Both the position numbers and the translations under genes were made by a program. From Clostridia bacterium (GTDB lineage Bacteria; Bacillota; Clostridia; Caldicoprobacterales; Caldicoprobacteraceae), in the NCBI GenBank assembly GCA_017577715.2, contig PKRC02000001.1, forward strand, positions 279 through 64,278: a stretch of 64,000 bases of DNA, in the 5' to 3' direction. Shown here piece after piece: positions 30,183 through 42,543 of the stretch; the stretch's first letter is position 1, and every line of letters begins with the position of its first letter. The notes under the pieces are model-generated. The model was not told where the DNA came from. It worked only from the letters and a program-made list of their open reading frames with translations, and ran no database searches.

Positions 30183-30899
30183 TCATTCTGCAGACCTGTC
30201 CATGAGCCTATGGAGTATCTCCTGATATGCCTCTTCAACATCGCCCAGATCCCTTCTGAATCTATCCTTATCGAGCTTCTCGCCTGTACGGGTATCCCAG
30301 AAACGGCAAGTATCGGGCGATATCTCATCGGCTAGTATGACTTGGCCATTAAACCGCCCAAACTCAAGCTTAAAATCGATGAGCTCTATATTGAGATCCC
30401 TAAGATAATTCAACAGGATTTGATTCACCTTAAACGACATGTCAGCGATCCTGCTCATCTCTTCCTCGGTAGCTAGCTCCATGGCATATATGTGATGCTC
30501 GTTGACCATTGGATCGCCCAGCTCGTCGTTTTTATAGCAGTATTCAAGGACAACACTTTTAAGCCTCGTACCCTCAGGAAGGCCCAACCGCTTTGACAGG
30601 CTACCTGCAGCCCTATTCCGCACGATGACCTCAACGGGAATTATCTCGACCCTTTTGACAAGGGTTTCCCTATCGCTCAGCTCCTGTACGTAATGAGTGG
30701 GAATGCCGTGTCGCTCGAGAAGTTGAAACAGGTGGTTGGAAATCTTATTGTTGACCACACCTTTGCCCACGATAGTTCCCCTTTTCAATCCGTTAAAGGC
30801 CGTGGCATCATCCTTGTATTCTAAAATGACATAGCCGGGATCATCGGTAGCATACACTTTTTTAGCCTTGCCTTCATAAAGCAGCTCAAGCTTTTTCAC
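30183..30899 (-). CDS. purC: SAICAR synthetase
   Basis: [45 protein letters not shown]; GTG start overlaps the purE end. Confidence 0.97.
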   Translation of the reverse strand: MKKLELLYEGKAKKVYATDDPGYVILEYKDDATAFNGLKRGTIVGKGVVNNKISNHLFQLLERHGIPTHYVQELSDRETLVKRVEIIPVEVIVRNRAAGSLSKRLGLPEGTRLKSVVLEYCYKNDELGDPMVNEHHIYAMELATEEEMSRIADMSFKVNQILLNYLRDLNIELIDFKLEFGRFNGQVILADEISPDTCRFWDTRTGEKLDKDRFRRDLGDVEEAYQEILHRLMDRSAE

Positions 30900-31392
30900 T
30901 GCACACCAACTCCTCTTGAAGCTTTTGATCCTGATCAAGCACTTGCTGAGCCATGCGCTGTCTATATTCTTCAAGCTTATCTGCCAGGTAACCATAACGC
31001 AAAGCCAGCATCTGTACTGCCAGAAGTGCCGCATTCTCGCTTCCGTTGATAGACACCGTTGCCACCGGCACACCCGAAGGCATCTGCACTATGGACAATA
31101 GCGAATCCAATCCATCCAAAGTGGAAGATTTAACGGGCAGACCTATAACCGGCAAGGTAGTATAGGCCGCCAGGACCCCCGGCAAATGGGCTGCCTTGCC
31201 TGCGGCGGCTATCAACACTTCTATGCCGTTTCTTGCCGCATCCTGAGCATACCGGACAACTTCTACAGGCGTACGGTGAGCCGAAAGTACCCGCATCTCC
31301 ACCTCCACTCCAAAGCCTTCCAGCACTTTTTTAGCACCCTTTACCACTTCCAAATCGGATATGCTTCCCATAACTATACCAACCTTAGGCAT
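30886..31392 (-). CDS. purE: N5-CAIR mutase / AIR carboxylase
   Basis: [36 protein letters not shown]. Confidence 0.97.
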   Translation of the reverse strand: MPKVGIVMGSISDLEVVKGAKKVLEGFGVEVEMRVLSAHRTPVEVVRYAQDAARNGIEVLIAAAGKAAHLPGVLAAYTTLPVIGLPVKSSTLDGLDSLLSIVQMPSGVPVATVSINGSENAALLAVQMLALRYGYLADKLEEYRQRMAQQVLDQDQKLQEELVCSEKA

Positions 31393-31624
31393 CCCTATTC
31401 CTCCCCTTGCCTAATCGAGGCAGCTTAAAGCCATTTCCACCTTGGCCAACTGCCCTTTCTTTCATCCATACATCCGAACATTCAATGTCAACAAAAAATT
31501 ACTATTATTCAATATAAATCAGCATACGAGTTTTATTTTAAGCATCAGGCAATACAGTGCGCGAAATTTAAAATATGTACATTTTCGCGATATCCAACAA
31601 TATCATTCGGATCCTTTAGGTAAT

Positions 31625-31653
31625 ATATTACCAGCAATCGGCTCTAATGTCAA
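31625..31653 (-). promoter_or_regulatory. Sigma-A promoter of the pur operon
   Basis: TTGACA-N17-TAATAT with extended TG on the - strand. Confidence 0.7.
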
Positions 31654-31657
31654 TAAA

Positions 31658-31701
31658 GAAATCGAACGTTTTTAAAAGATAAATATTAAACGTTCGATTT
31701 T
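31658..31701. promoter_or_regulatory. Paired PurBox (PurR operator)
   Basis: CGAACGTTT-N16-AAACGTTCG matches the Bacillus PurR inverted-box core and spacing; lies just upstream of the -35. Confidence 0.7.
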
Positions 31702-31707
31702 TAGCCT

Positions 31708-32166
31708 TCAGCGCTTTATATCCAGTTTTGAAAATTCCCGCATGGCCTCATCGTATACCTCTCTTAAAGGAACGCCATAGATGGAAGACGCAACCCTGCA
31801 ATCTTCATACTCGGGAGATGCCTTAAATATCCCTTCCCCGTAGGCAACCTTGATGCGGATATCGCCATAACGGGTACTCACCTTTATCCACTGCCTTTGC
31901 AGCGCCTTTCGAAGGGCGCTGTAGCTTCGCACTCCCAGTGTGGTAGTCTCCTTAAGCAGTATATCTTCTAACTTGTCCTGATCCTGCGGATGGCATAGCA
32001 CGCTCACCTTAACGCCAGGGCGATTCTTCTTCATATAAATGGGTGTGTACCACACATCAAGGGCATTTTGCTTAAACAGTCGCTCCATCAAAAAGCCTAA
32101 AACCTCTCCATTCATATCGTCGATATTCGTTTCGATAACCCTCACCTCCTCTCCGGGAGATTCTAT
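31708..32166 (-). CDS. larC: LarC C-terminal half (larC2), probably reached by -1 frameshift
   Basis: VIETNIDDMNGE, DVWYTPIYMKKNRPG, ETTTLGVR, PEYEDC motifs of the LarC C-terminus. Confidence 0.88.
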   Translation of the reverse strand: MESPGEEVRVIETNIDDMNGEVLGFLMERLFKQNALDVWYTPIYMKKNRPGVKVSVLCHPQDQDKLEDILLKETTTLGVRSYSALRKALQRQWIKVSTRYGDIRIKVAYGEGIFKASPEYEDCRVASSIYGVPLREVYDEAMREFSKLDIKR

Positions 32167-33074
32167 TTTTTTAACGCTTCCCCCCAGCACACTCTCAGAC
32201 AGTTGGGCACCTCATGATCTCTCTTTCCCAAGCCGTATCCGATTTTCTCTACAACCATGGATGGAAATTCCACAAATTCCTGACATAGAGTTGAAAGTAT
32301 GGCAGCGCCAGTGGGGGTAACCAGTTCTCCTCTAGCATTTTGGGAATAGATAGGAATGCCCTTCAGCAGTTCCAGCGTAGCAGGCGCAGGTACAGGAAAT
32401 ATGCCGTGCTGACACTTTACAAATCCCCCGCCCACATTCACTGGAGAAGCCATTATGACATCCGGCTTTAGCATGTCTATGCAAATGGCAGTCCCAACTA
32501 TGTCAACGATGGAATCTACTGCTCCCACTTCGTGAAAGTGGACCTGCTCATACGGGATTCCGTGGATCTTGCCTTCAGCCATGGCCAGCTTCTCGAATAT
32601 TTTCAAAGCCATATCCTTAACGCTTTGAGACAGCTCGCTGTTTTCAATCAGCTCTTTTATCTGGCGAAAGTCCCTTTCAACCCCTACCACATCATGGGAA
32701 TGGACATGGGCATGACTATCGGCATGGGTATGCTCTCCATAGTGGTGGTGATCATCATGATGGTGCCCATCATCGCTTTTTTCTTGTAAAAACTTTCCTG
32801 CAGCTCCTTTTTTGCAATGCGCGTCGTCATTAACATGCAGATAGGAATGTACACCATGGCTTTCCTCATGGGAATGAAGGATTCTAACTGTCACATCCAA
32901 TCCGGTAATTCCCTTTTTGATGCCCTTCTTTATTTCAATCTCATACTCCTTATTAAGCCCCAATTTGTCAAGCTCTCTCAAAAAAGACTGTTGATCTAAC
33001 CCTAAATCAAGCAGCGCTCCCAATGTCATATCGCCGCTTATCCCGGAAAAACAATCAAAGTAAAGTATCTTCAC
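32163..33074 (-). CDS. larC: LarC N-terminal half (larC1), NPN nickel-insertion protein with His-rich insert
   Basis: LYFDCFSGISGDMTLGALLD, His-rich region, HFHEVGAVDSIVDI, CQHG..PVPAPAT, ELVTPTGAA; AGGAGG RBS before GTG. Confidence 0.92.
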   Translation of the reverse strand: MKILYFDCFSGISGDMTLGALLDLGLDQQSFLRELDKLGLNKEYEIEIKKGIKKGITGLDVTVRILHSHEESHGVHSYLHVNDDAHCKKGAAGKFLQEKSDDGHHHDDHHHYGEHTHADSHAHVHSHDVVGVERDFRQIKELIENSELSQSVKDMALKIFEKLAMAEGKIHGIPYEQVHFHEVGAVDSIVDIVGTAICIDMLKPDVIMASPVNVGGGFVKCQHGIFPVPAPATLELLKGIPIYSQNARGELVTPTGAAILSTLCQEFVEFPSMVVEKIGYGLGKRDHEVPNCLRVCWGEALKK

Positions 33075-33109
33075 GAATCTTCCTCCTTTCATGTGCAATC
33101 CTGCAATAC

Positions 33110-33134
33110 AAAAACACCGAGGAATCCCCTCGGT
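33110..33134 (-). terminator. Terminator-like hairpin between larB and larC1
   Basis: accgagg/cctcggt stem followed by GTTTTT on the - strand. Confidence 0.55.
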
Positions 33135-33147
33135 ATGACGAAATTTG

Positions 33148-33909
33148 CTATGATTGCTGCGCCAGGCGGTTTATCAAGCTTGCTATATACCCCGCTCCAA
33201 AGCCGTTGTCTATATTGACCACCGCCACGCCGCTGGCACAGCTATTGAGCATTGTAAGCAGCGCCGACAAGCCGCCAAAGTTTGCTCCGTATCCCACGCT
33301 GGTAGGAACGGCTATGACGGGTTTGTCCACCAACCCTCCCACCACGCTGGCCAGGGCCCCCTCCATGCCGGCTACCGTTATCACCACATTGGCCTGACTA
33401 AGGACCTTAACATGGGCCAGCAGCCTGTGAAGCCCTGCCACACCAACGTCATACACCCTTTCCACCCTATTGCCCAAAACCTCTGCGGTGATGGCCGCCT
33501 CTTCGGCAACCGGTAGATCAGAGGTACCTGCGCTCACAACAGCTATCTTGCCCTTTACAAGTGGCACCTCACACCTTTTTACCACAACGATTCTAGCTAT
33601 TTCATGATACTCGGCATCAGGGGTCACTTCTTTAATGGCCTCATATATTTCATGGCTCACCCGGGTAGCAAGTATATTTCTGTCACCCCTGGACATCATT
33701 CGTTCCACAATGGCTTTAACGTGTTCAGGCCTTTTACCCTGACAGTATATCACCTCAGGATATCCGTTTCGCAGCTGGCGGTGGTGGTCCACCTTGGCAA
33801 AGCCCAGGTCTTCAAACGGAAGATACCTTAGGGAATCAAGAGCCTCTTCCACCGTGCAACGCCCTTCTTTTACGTCTTCCAGTATGGCCTTAAGGCGCTC
33901 AACGTCCAT
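33148..33909 (-). CDS. larB: NPN biosynthesis protein LarB (PurE-like carboxylase/hydrolase)
   Basis: AKVDHHR..R.G.PEVIY, AGTSDLPVAEEA, DVGVAGLHRL, AGMEGAL, TSVGYG, VVNIDNGFGA. Confidence 0.95.
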   Translation of the reverse strand: MDVERLKAILEDVKEGRCTVEEALDSLRYLPFEDLGFAKVDHHRQLRNGYPEVIYCQGKRPEHVKAIVERMMSRGDRNILATRVSHEIYEAIKEVTPDAEYHEIARIVVVKRCEVPLVKGKIAVVSAGTSDLPVAEEAAITAEVLGNRVERVYDVGVAGLHRLLAHVKVLSQANVVITVAGMEGALASVVGGLVDKPVIAVPTSVGYGANFGGLSALLTMLNSCASGVAVVNIDNGFGAGYIASLINRLAQQS

Positions 33910-33982
33910 AATTTCCTTCCCCTTTCAAGGCAGTAGCATCAAAAAACTGCTCTGTCAACTGCACAGCAAAGCCCTACGATCC

Positions 33983-35467
<1,485 letters not shown>

Positions 35468-35654
35468 TTAAATATATTATAGCCCATAATGTAATTAAAA
35501 GATAGTCTATCAAAATTATAATTACCCTGTCAACCCTATTTCCCTCAAACTCATGGCTAAATCAAATATAGTCCCATAGATCATCCCCTTTAACCCGGCT
35601 TATAAGCCTATGCCCGTAAAAGCAGCGAATATAATACAGCAAATATCGCTCGGG

Positions 35655-36515
35655 TCACCTTATGCATTCACGGGCATAATAGAATAGATATTGCTGCGCA
35701 AAGCCAGCCAAATGACCAAACTTTTGCCAGGCAAATTCCTTCACTTGTCTGTTGGTATCACCGCTTTCTGGATAAAAATACTGCATCACCCTTTTGATCC
35801 ATACATCTACCGGGAAAGCCTCGGTCTTGCCCATAGAAAACAGCAGGACGCAGTCAGCTACCTTAGGGCCAACCCCAGGACAGGCCATAAGCGCTTTATA
35901 AGCTTCTTGATAAGGCAATTTGGCCACTTGATCCAGCCGTATTTCACCGCTATCTACCATCTCGGCCGTTTTCTTTATGTAATCGGCCCTGTAACCGCAC
36001 CCGCAGGCCATAAGCTGTTCGATTGAAGCGCCAGCAAGGTCAGCAGGACTGGGAAAGGTATAAAAATCCCTGTCTCCCCACTCTATCTTCTTACCAAACT
36101 CAAAGGCCAGGTTCTCGATAATCTTCTTAATCCTGGGTATGTTGTTATTAGCCGATATTATGAAGGAAATTAGCGCTTCCCATGGATCCTGATTTAAAAT
36201 GCGTATTCCCCAACCATATTCCATTGCCCTTTCAAGCAATGGATCGCACGACAAAGCATCCTTCACTTGGCCGTAATCTCTTTCCATGTCAAAATAGTGT
36301 TTCCAAAATGAGCCATAATCTTCAATAGAAGCATTTTCCAGCAGCACATTTCCCCCATCGTATGACACCCTAATGACCCTATTACCTGCAATTCCCACAT
36401 AGCCAATCCCATCCCAGTTCCACCTGAAAGCCTGCCCACATTCAAAAATATGAACCGGCGAAAAGTGTTTCACATTTTTTAAGACTATCCCGTAGCTGGT
36501 CTCTTTAATCTCCAA
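35655..36515 (-). CDS. 8-oxoguanine DNA glycosylase (OGG/AlkA HhH-GPD family)
   Basis: ECGQAFRW, GIRILNQDPWE, CGCGYRA, PGVGPKVADC, AFPVDVW, GFAQQYLF. Confidence 0.9.
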   Translation of the reverse strand: MEIKETSYGIVLKNVKHFSPVHIFECGQAFRWNWDGIGYVGIAGNRVIRVSYDGGNVLLENASIEDYGSFWKHYFDMERDYGQVKDALSCDPLLERAMEYGWGIRILNQDPWEALISFIISANNNIPRIKKIIENLAFEFGKKIEWGDRDFYTFPSPADLAGASIEQLMACGCGYRADYIKKTAEMVDSGEIRLDQVAKLPYQEAYKALMACPGVGPKVADCVLLFSMGKTEAFPVDVWIKRVMQYFYPESGDTNRQVKEFAWQKFGHLAGFAQQYLFYYARECIR

Positions 36516-36551
36516 AGCCCATCCACCTTCAACGATATATTTTTGAACCCA

Positions 36552-36605
36552 AAAATAATTTACACTTTATCGCCCCTTTTTTTCAAGATGGCGATAAAGT
36601 GTAAA
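36552..36605 (-). terminator. Long terminator hairpin after nfnB
   Basis: tttacactttatcgcc/ggcgataaagtgtaaa 16-bp stem followed by TTATTTTT on -. Confidence 0.75.
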
Positions 36606-36615
36606 CCCCTATTTA

Positions 36616-38004
<1,389 letters not shown>

Positions 38005-38835
38005 TTACAGCCCCTCCTTCTCCATCAATTTGCAGATGTGTTGCTCTTCTTCCCGGTACATCCGCTGCCTCCTCATAGCCTCGTCGAAATCCACCAGGTG
38101 TCCATCAAAATCCGGACCATCCACACAGGCATAGCGAACCTCACCGCCTACGGTAACGCGGCATCCTCCGCACATGCCGGTACCATCCACCATTATGGGA
38201 TTCATGCTGACAACGGTATGCACGCCGTACTGTTTGGTGATCTCGGATACCACCTTCATCATGATGAGGGGACCGATTGCAATCACTTTGTCATATTCAT
38301 TCTTCTGATCCAGCAGTTCCTTTAAAACATCCGAAACAAACCCCTTGCGCCCGTATGAGCCGTCATCGGTGGTTATATACAGGTTATCGCATATACCCCT
38401 TATTTCCTCCTCAAGAATGAGGTACTCCTTGCTCCTGGCGCCTATTATCACGTCAACGGAAGTACCCTTCTCCCACAGATACTTTATCTGCGGATATAAA
38501 GGCGCCACACCAACGCCGCCGCCTATGCACAGCACGCGCTTTAAGCCATCCAGCTCCGATGCTCTTCCCAGCGGCCCCACAAAATCCAGGATGCTATCGC
38601 CTTCATTGAGCTGAGCTAAAAGGCGTGTGGTCAAACCGACTTCCTGAAAGATAATGGTAACCCAACCTTGCTGCCTATCGTAATCGGCTATGGTCAAGGG
38701 AATCCTCTCCCCTTCCTCTTTCACGCGCAGGATTATAAACTGTCCTGGCATAGCCCTCCGTGCCACAAAGGGCGCCTCCACCTTCATCAGCCATATGGCC
38801 GGAGCTAGCTTCTCTTTCCTCAAAATCTTGTACAT
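38005..38835 (-). CDS. nfnA: NfnA/NfnS (PyrK-like FAD/2Fe-2S) subunit
   Basis: PGQFIILR...ERIPLTIAD, GGGVGVAP, DGTGMCGGCRV, CVDGP. Confidence 0.87.
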   Translation of the reverse strand: MYKILRKEKLAPAIWLMKVEAPFVARRAMPGQFIILRVKEEGERIPLTIADYDRQQGWVTIIFQEVGLTTRLLAQLNEGDSILDFVGPLGRASELDGLKRVLCIGGGVGVAPLYPQIKYLWEKGTSVDVIIGARSKEYLILEEEIRGICDNLYITTDDGSYGRKGFVSDVLKELLDQKNEYDKVIAIGPLIMMKVVSEITKQYGVHTVVSMNPIMVDGTGMCGGCRVTVGGEVRYACVDGPDFDGHLVDFDEAMRRQRMYREEEQHICKLMEKEGL

Positions 38836-38868
38836 CTTTCCTTCCCCCTTTATTTGTTTAACTTCGCC

Positions 38869-39681
38869 TCAAACTACCAGACTCCGCGCCGTGACGTTTA
38901 CGGCAATTACGTTTATGCCCGTCAATATGTCCACATCCTTTGCCACTGCCGATTGCACTTCTTCCAGCACCATGTGTATCTTATAGCCATATTTCACCGC
39001 CACATCGATGTATATTATCAACCCATCATCTCTGCTGGTAAGGCTGGTATTCAAAACCCTCACTACCCCTTCCACCCTCTGAGCGTTGTAGGCCGCAATA
39101 GCCTCGATGGCGGTATCGGCAATATAGAACCTGCCCATATAGCTGTAAGTGGGACGCACTACCGTCTTTTCCACAGCTTCCAACCTCTTGTCCTTGCCAG
39201 CAATCCTGAATATCTTAAGGGGATCTATGAAATACCCGGAGAAGTCCTTGCGTATCTCAAAGGTGGGCACCGGAATGACGTGCTTGCCTTGTTCATGGCG
39301 ATATTTTCGTGCCAACCTGATCTCCTGACTGGTTGAAACGTCCTCAATCCTTATGACCTCGTGAACAGGCGGCAATTCCAAGTGTTTGATTATCTTGTCT
39401 ATCATCTTCATGGAAGTACCGAGGATCAAAATGGAATCAGGCATAACGAGGTTGATGGCCTCTTTTACCTGCTTTGCATGCTCTTCATCCATAAAAAGGG
39501 CTCTCCTGACGGCTGCTATCCTTGTGGGCTCCTTTTTGGCCGAAACGCCGGCAACAATCTTGTTGCGCTTTATAAACAGGCCATCGTCAATTATATACTC
39601 GATCCCCTTTTCACTGGCCAATGTTAGGGCCTTATAGCTCTTGCCCGTGCCACTTGGGCCTATCAAGGCATAAACCTTCAC
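38869..39681 (-). CDS. P-loop protein with C-terminal Asp23/Gls24-like domain
   Basis: GPSGTGKS Walker A and IIDDGL at the N-terminus; C-terminal IADTAIEAIA...V.VKYG...VQSAV...TGINV..VNV pattern. Confidence 0.75.
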   Translation of the reverse strand: MKVYALIGPSGTGKSYKALTLASEKGIEYIIDDGLFIKRNKIVAGVSAKKEPTRIAAVRRALFMDEEHAKQVKEAINLVMPDSILILGTSMKMIDKIIKHLELPPVHEVIRIEDVSTSQEIRLARKYRHEQGKHVIPVPTFEIRKDFSGYFIDPLKIFRIAGKDKRLEAVEKTVVRPTYSYMGRFYIADTAIEAIAAYNAQRVEGVVRVLNTSLTSRDDGLIIYIDVAVKYGYKIHMVLEEVQSAVAKDVDILTGINVIAVNVTARSLVV

Positions 39682-39738
39682 AGTCTGCCTCCCCTTTTTT
39701 TAATCTCCGTCAACGAAGACCAATTGCTGCGCAAAAAA

Positions 39739-40377
39739 TCATTTATCTCCAACGTTGTAATACTCGCAGTACTGGGCCAGAAAGCACTCATGGCATTTGG
39801 GCTTCCTGGCGGTGCACACCCTTCTCCCATGCCGTATAAGCCAGTGATGGGCACTGGACCACTTATCCTTGGGGATGTTTTCCATAAGCTGCATCTCGGT
39901 ATCCCTCACGTTTGTAGCGTGGGCCAGCCCTAATCTATTGGCTACGCGAAATACATGGGTATCAACAGCAATGGCATCAATCCCAAAGGCATTGCTGGCT
40001 ACAACGTTTGCAGTTTTCCTACCCACCCCCGGAAGGGTCTGGAGCTCTTTCACATCCCGGGGAACTTGTCCACCGTATTTATCCAGAATAATCTGGCTGG
40101 CCTTGATTATATTTCTGCTCTTTGTCTTATAAAAACCGCAGCTGAAAATTTCCTTCTCCAGCTCTTCGGGGGACAGGCGTGCAAAATCCTCGGGACCCGG
40201 GTACTTTTCAAAAAGCGTAGACGTAACCTTATTTACCTGCCTATCCGTGGTCTGAGCCGAAAGCATAGTAGCCACCAGAAGCTGAAACGGAGTTTTATAT
40301 TTGAGCTCTGTAGTGGCTCCTCTATAATGCTTTTCCAATTCATCCAATATTCTTTGATATCTTTCCCTGTCAGTCAA
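39739..40377 (-). CDS. nth: Endonuclease III
   Basis: LLVATMLSAQTTD, LPGVGRKTANVV, AVDTHVFRV, C.ARKPKC.EC....C cluster. Confidence 0.97.
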   Translation of the reverse strand: MTDRERYQRILDELEKHYRGATTELKYKTPFQLLVATMLSAQTTDRQVNKVTSTLFEKYPGPEDFARLSPEELEKEIFSCGFYKTKSRNIIKASQIILDKYGGQVPRDVKELQTLPGVGRKTANVVASNAFGIDAIAVDTHVFRVANRLGLAHATNVRDTEMQLMENIPKDKWSSAHHWLIRHGRRVCTARKPKCHECFLAQYCEYYNVGDK

Positions 40378-40543
40378 CAGAGCCCTTTTCCCCTTTCTCC
40401 AACAGAATATCTTTGCATATTATACAATAAATATTGCAATTTACTCAACAGGATATATATGAAAACAACCCATCGTCGTATCAAGCCTTTACAAGCCATA
40501 CGGACAGCATACCATTAACTGATCGGCCTCCGCCAAATCCCTG

Positions 40544-40573
40544 CAATAAAATTTTCATGTGGTGCATATAAAT
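40544..40573 (+). promoter_or_regulatory. Putative mother-cell (sigma-E-like) promoter
   Basis: caATAAA-N14-CATATAAAT upstream of the gene at 40653. Confidence 0.45.
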
Positions 40574-40652
40574 TTACTGAATTTACATGTCCTATGAACT
40601 TCAATGATATCAAAGATTAAAGATTATGGCACGCATCGAGGGAGGTGGCAAG

Positions 40653-42512
40653 GTGAAACTATATCACCGCAATGACCATATAGTGCGGTTTAAAAACGGA
40701 GATTTGTGGCACTTTTTCCCCCTAAAAGAAAAGGGTATATACCTGCGCTGCATGAAAAAAGGCGGAGGATGGAGGGATGCCATTGAGCTTGTAGCAAATA
40801 CTCATGACCACTTTTCGGTATCCATCGACTGCCATGACCACCTGCACCTGATATATCAAGATTACAATGGCGAACTTATATATATGGAATACAACGGAAA
40901 TAGATGGAACAAGCAGACGCTTCATCGATACGACGCCTCAGCGTACGTAGTGCAATTCCCTACCGTCATCGCTTTTGATCAGCAGGTCCACGCCATTTTC
41001 GCTATGCGTACAATCCCATTTACCGGTGTCTGGAGCCTATATCACTGCTACAACAAAGGTAACGGATGGATTATAGGAGAGATAACCAGGTACACAGACG
41101 GAAAACAGACCAGCCCCTTTTATCTTGACCATGATCGAGGGAATATTCACATGGTTTACCGCAACCTGTACCATAACCAATATCGGTTATTTTACTGCCG
41201 TTTTGACGGTGCCCGCAATCGATGGAGCATACCTGAAAACTTAAGCCGCAACCTGGCCGATTGCAACATGCCCAGCATCCTGGTCAAAAACGATAAGCTT
41301 CACCTTGCATGGACATCAATAAAAAATTCCAACCTGCAGGTTATGTACCGCAGTTGGTCCCTTAATTCATACTTCAAAGCCGGGTTGGAAAAAGTGAAGC
41401 TTCTGTCCAGTCAGGAATCAAACTGTTCGGACCCACAGCTACTTTGGGTGGATGATCTGCTGTGGTGCATTTGGTACCAAAACGGCGATATATACTGCTG
41501 CTCATCGCCCGATGAGGGGATAACCTGGACCCAGGCAAAACCACTGGGGTGGTCTCATGTAGACTGCTGCCACTGCATAAAATATTCCAGCAATTATCCC
41601 CAAGACCGGTTACACCTTAAAATGCATCGCATATTGGCAAACCTGGAAAACGGCCTAAAAATCCCCATACCAGGAAAACCCAGTGGCCTTTTCCACGACA
41701 TACACGCTGTAAACATGGAAAATCTGCCTGGGAAATCAACCGTGGATCAACCCTGCAGCGAACACTCCTACCCGTCACAGCAGGTAGATGCGCATTCTTC
41801 ATCTACAAAGCAAAACAGCACCGCTTCCCTCTCAGCGGCATCCCAAAACTCCTCCCATACCCCACCAGAAGAAACCTTGTGGAAAAATCCCGCTTCTGCG
41901 CCGCCAACCACCCATCGGGAGATGGACCATTTAAAACCGGACAACAGCCAGGCTGCTCCCCAAAGCAGCTTTGATGAGGCAAATCCCTCTATTCATGATG
42001 CAGCTCTGAATGTGGCACATTACGTAGCAGACAAAAAGTACAGTACACCTCTACCACATGCACAGCGGCCAGAAACCCAATTGAAAGGCACCTCCATGGA
42101 ACCGGGCAATACAAGGCCAGAGCACCACCGCACTTATGAAAATGCTGAACAGACGACTACGGACCAGGCCTTATCAGACAGCACGGCAAATCACGTGCTG
42201 GCCTTAATACAGAAGATGAACAGGGCAAATGAGCTAAGAACGGTGGTTCAGGGGCTCCTCGGCAAAAACCAATCGGAGCAGGACAGCGTCCATTACCTTT
42301 GCCAGCTTGATATCATGTTGAATTCCTGTATTAAGAAAGCCGAAGAAATCCAGGCTGAAAACCAGGCCATCATGAGGGAGATCGACGCGCTGCGAAGGCG
42401 CTCCATAGAAAATCAGCGGCAATGGGAAATTTTTCTGGAACAATTTGAAGCAATAAAAGAGCTGCTTGAAAAAAAACTAAAAACGGGATTTTTAAGAAAA
42501 ATCATAGGCTAA
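40653..42512 (+). CDS. Hypothetical protein: propeller-like N-terminus, disordered linker, C-terminal coiled coil
   Basis: GGGAGGTG RBS before GTG; repeated HLHLIY/IHMVY/LHLAW strands and an SSPDEGITW Asp-box; no signal peptide. Confidence 0.75.
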   Translation: MKLYHRNDHIVRFKNGDLWHFFPLKEKGIYLRCMKKGGGWRDAIELVANTHDHFSVSIDCHDHLHLIYQDYNGELIYMEYNGNRWNKQTLHRYDASAYVVQFPTVIAFDQQVHAIFAMRTIPFTGVWSLYHCYNKGNGWIIGEITRYTDGKQTSPFYLDHDRGNIHMVYRNLYHNQYRLFYCRFDGARNRWSIPENLSRNLADCNMPSILVKNDKLHLAWTSIKNSNLQVMYRSWSLNSYFKAGLEKVKLLSSQESNCSDPQLLWVDDLLWCIWYQNGDIYCCSSPDEGITWTQAKPLGWSHVDCCHCIKYSSNYPQDRLHLKMHRILANLENGLKIPIPGKPSGLFHDIHAVNMENLPGKSTVDQPCSEHSYPSQQVDAHSSSTKQNSTASLSAASQNSSHTPPEETLWKNPASAPPTTHREMDHLKPDNSQAAPQSSFDEANPSIHDAALNVAHYVADKKYSTPLPHAQRPETQLKGTSMEPGNTRPEHHRTYENAEQTTTDQALSDSTANHVLALIQKMNRANELRTVVQGLLGKNQSEQDSVHYLCQLDIMLNSCIKKAEEIQAENQAIMREIDALRRRSIENQRQWEIFLEQFEAIKELLEKKLKTGFLRKIIG

Positions 42513-42543
42513 GGTCGTAATTATTTTGAAGGGGGACTTAATA

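Noticed and set aside
30900-31073. N-terminal extension of the purC ORF in the track
   Set aside because: It overlaps purE in another frame; PurC homology starts at GTG 30899.
31393-31620. Purine riboswitch in the pur leader
   Set aside because: The conserved TATAAT..ATATGG..GTTTCTAC..CCGTAAA blocks are absent.
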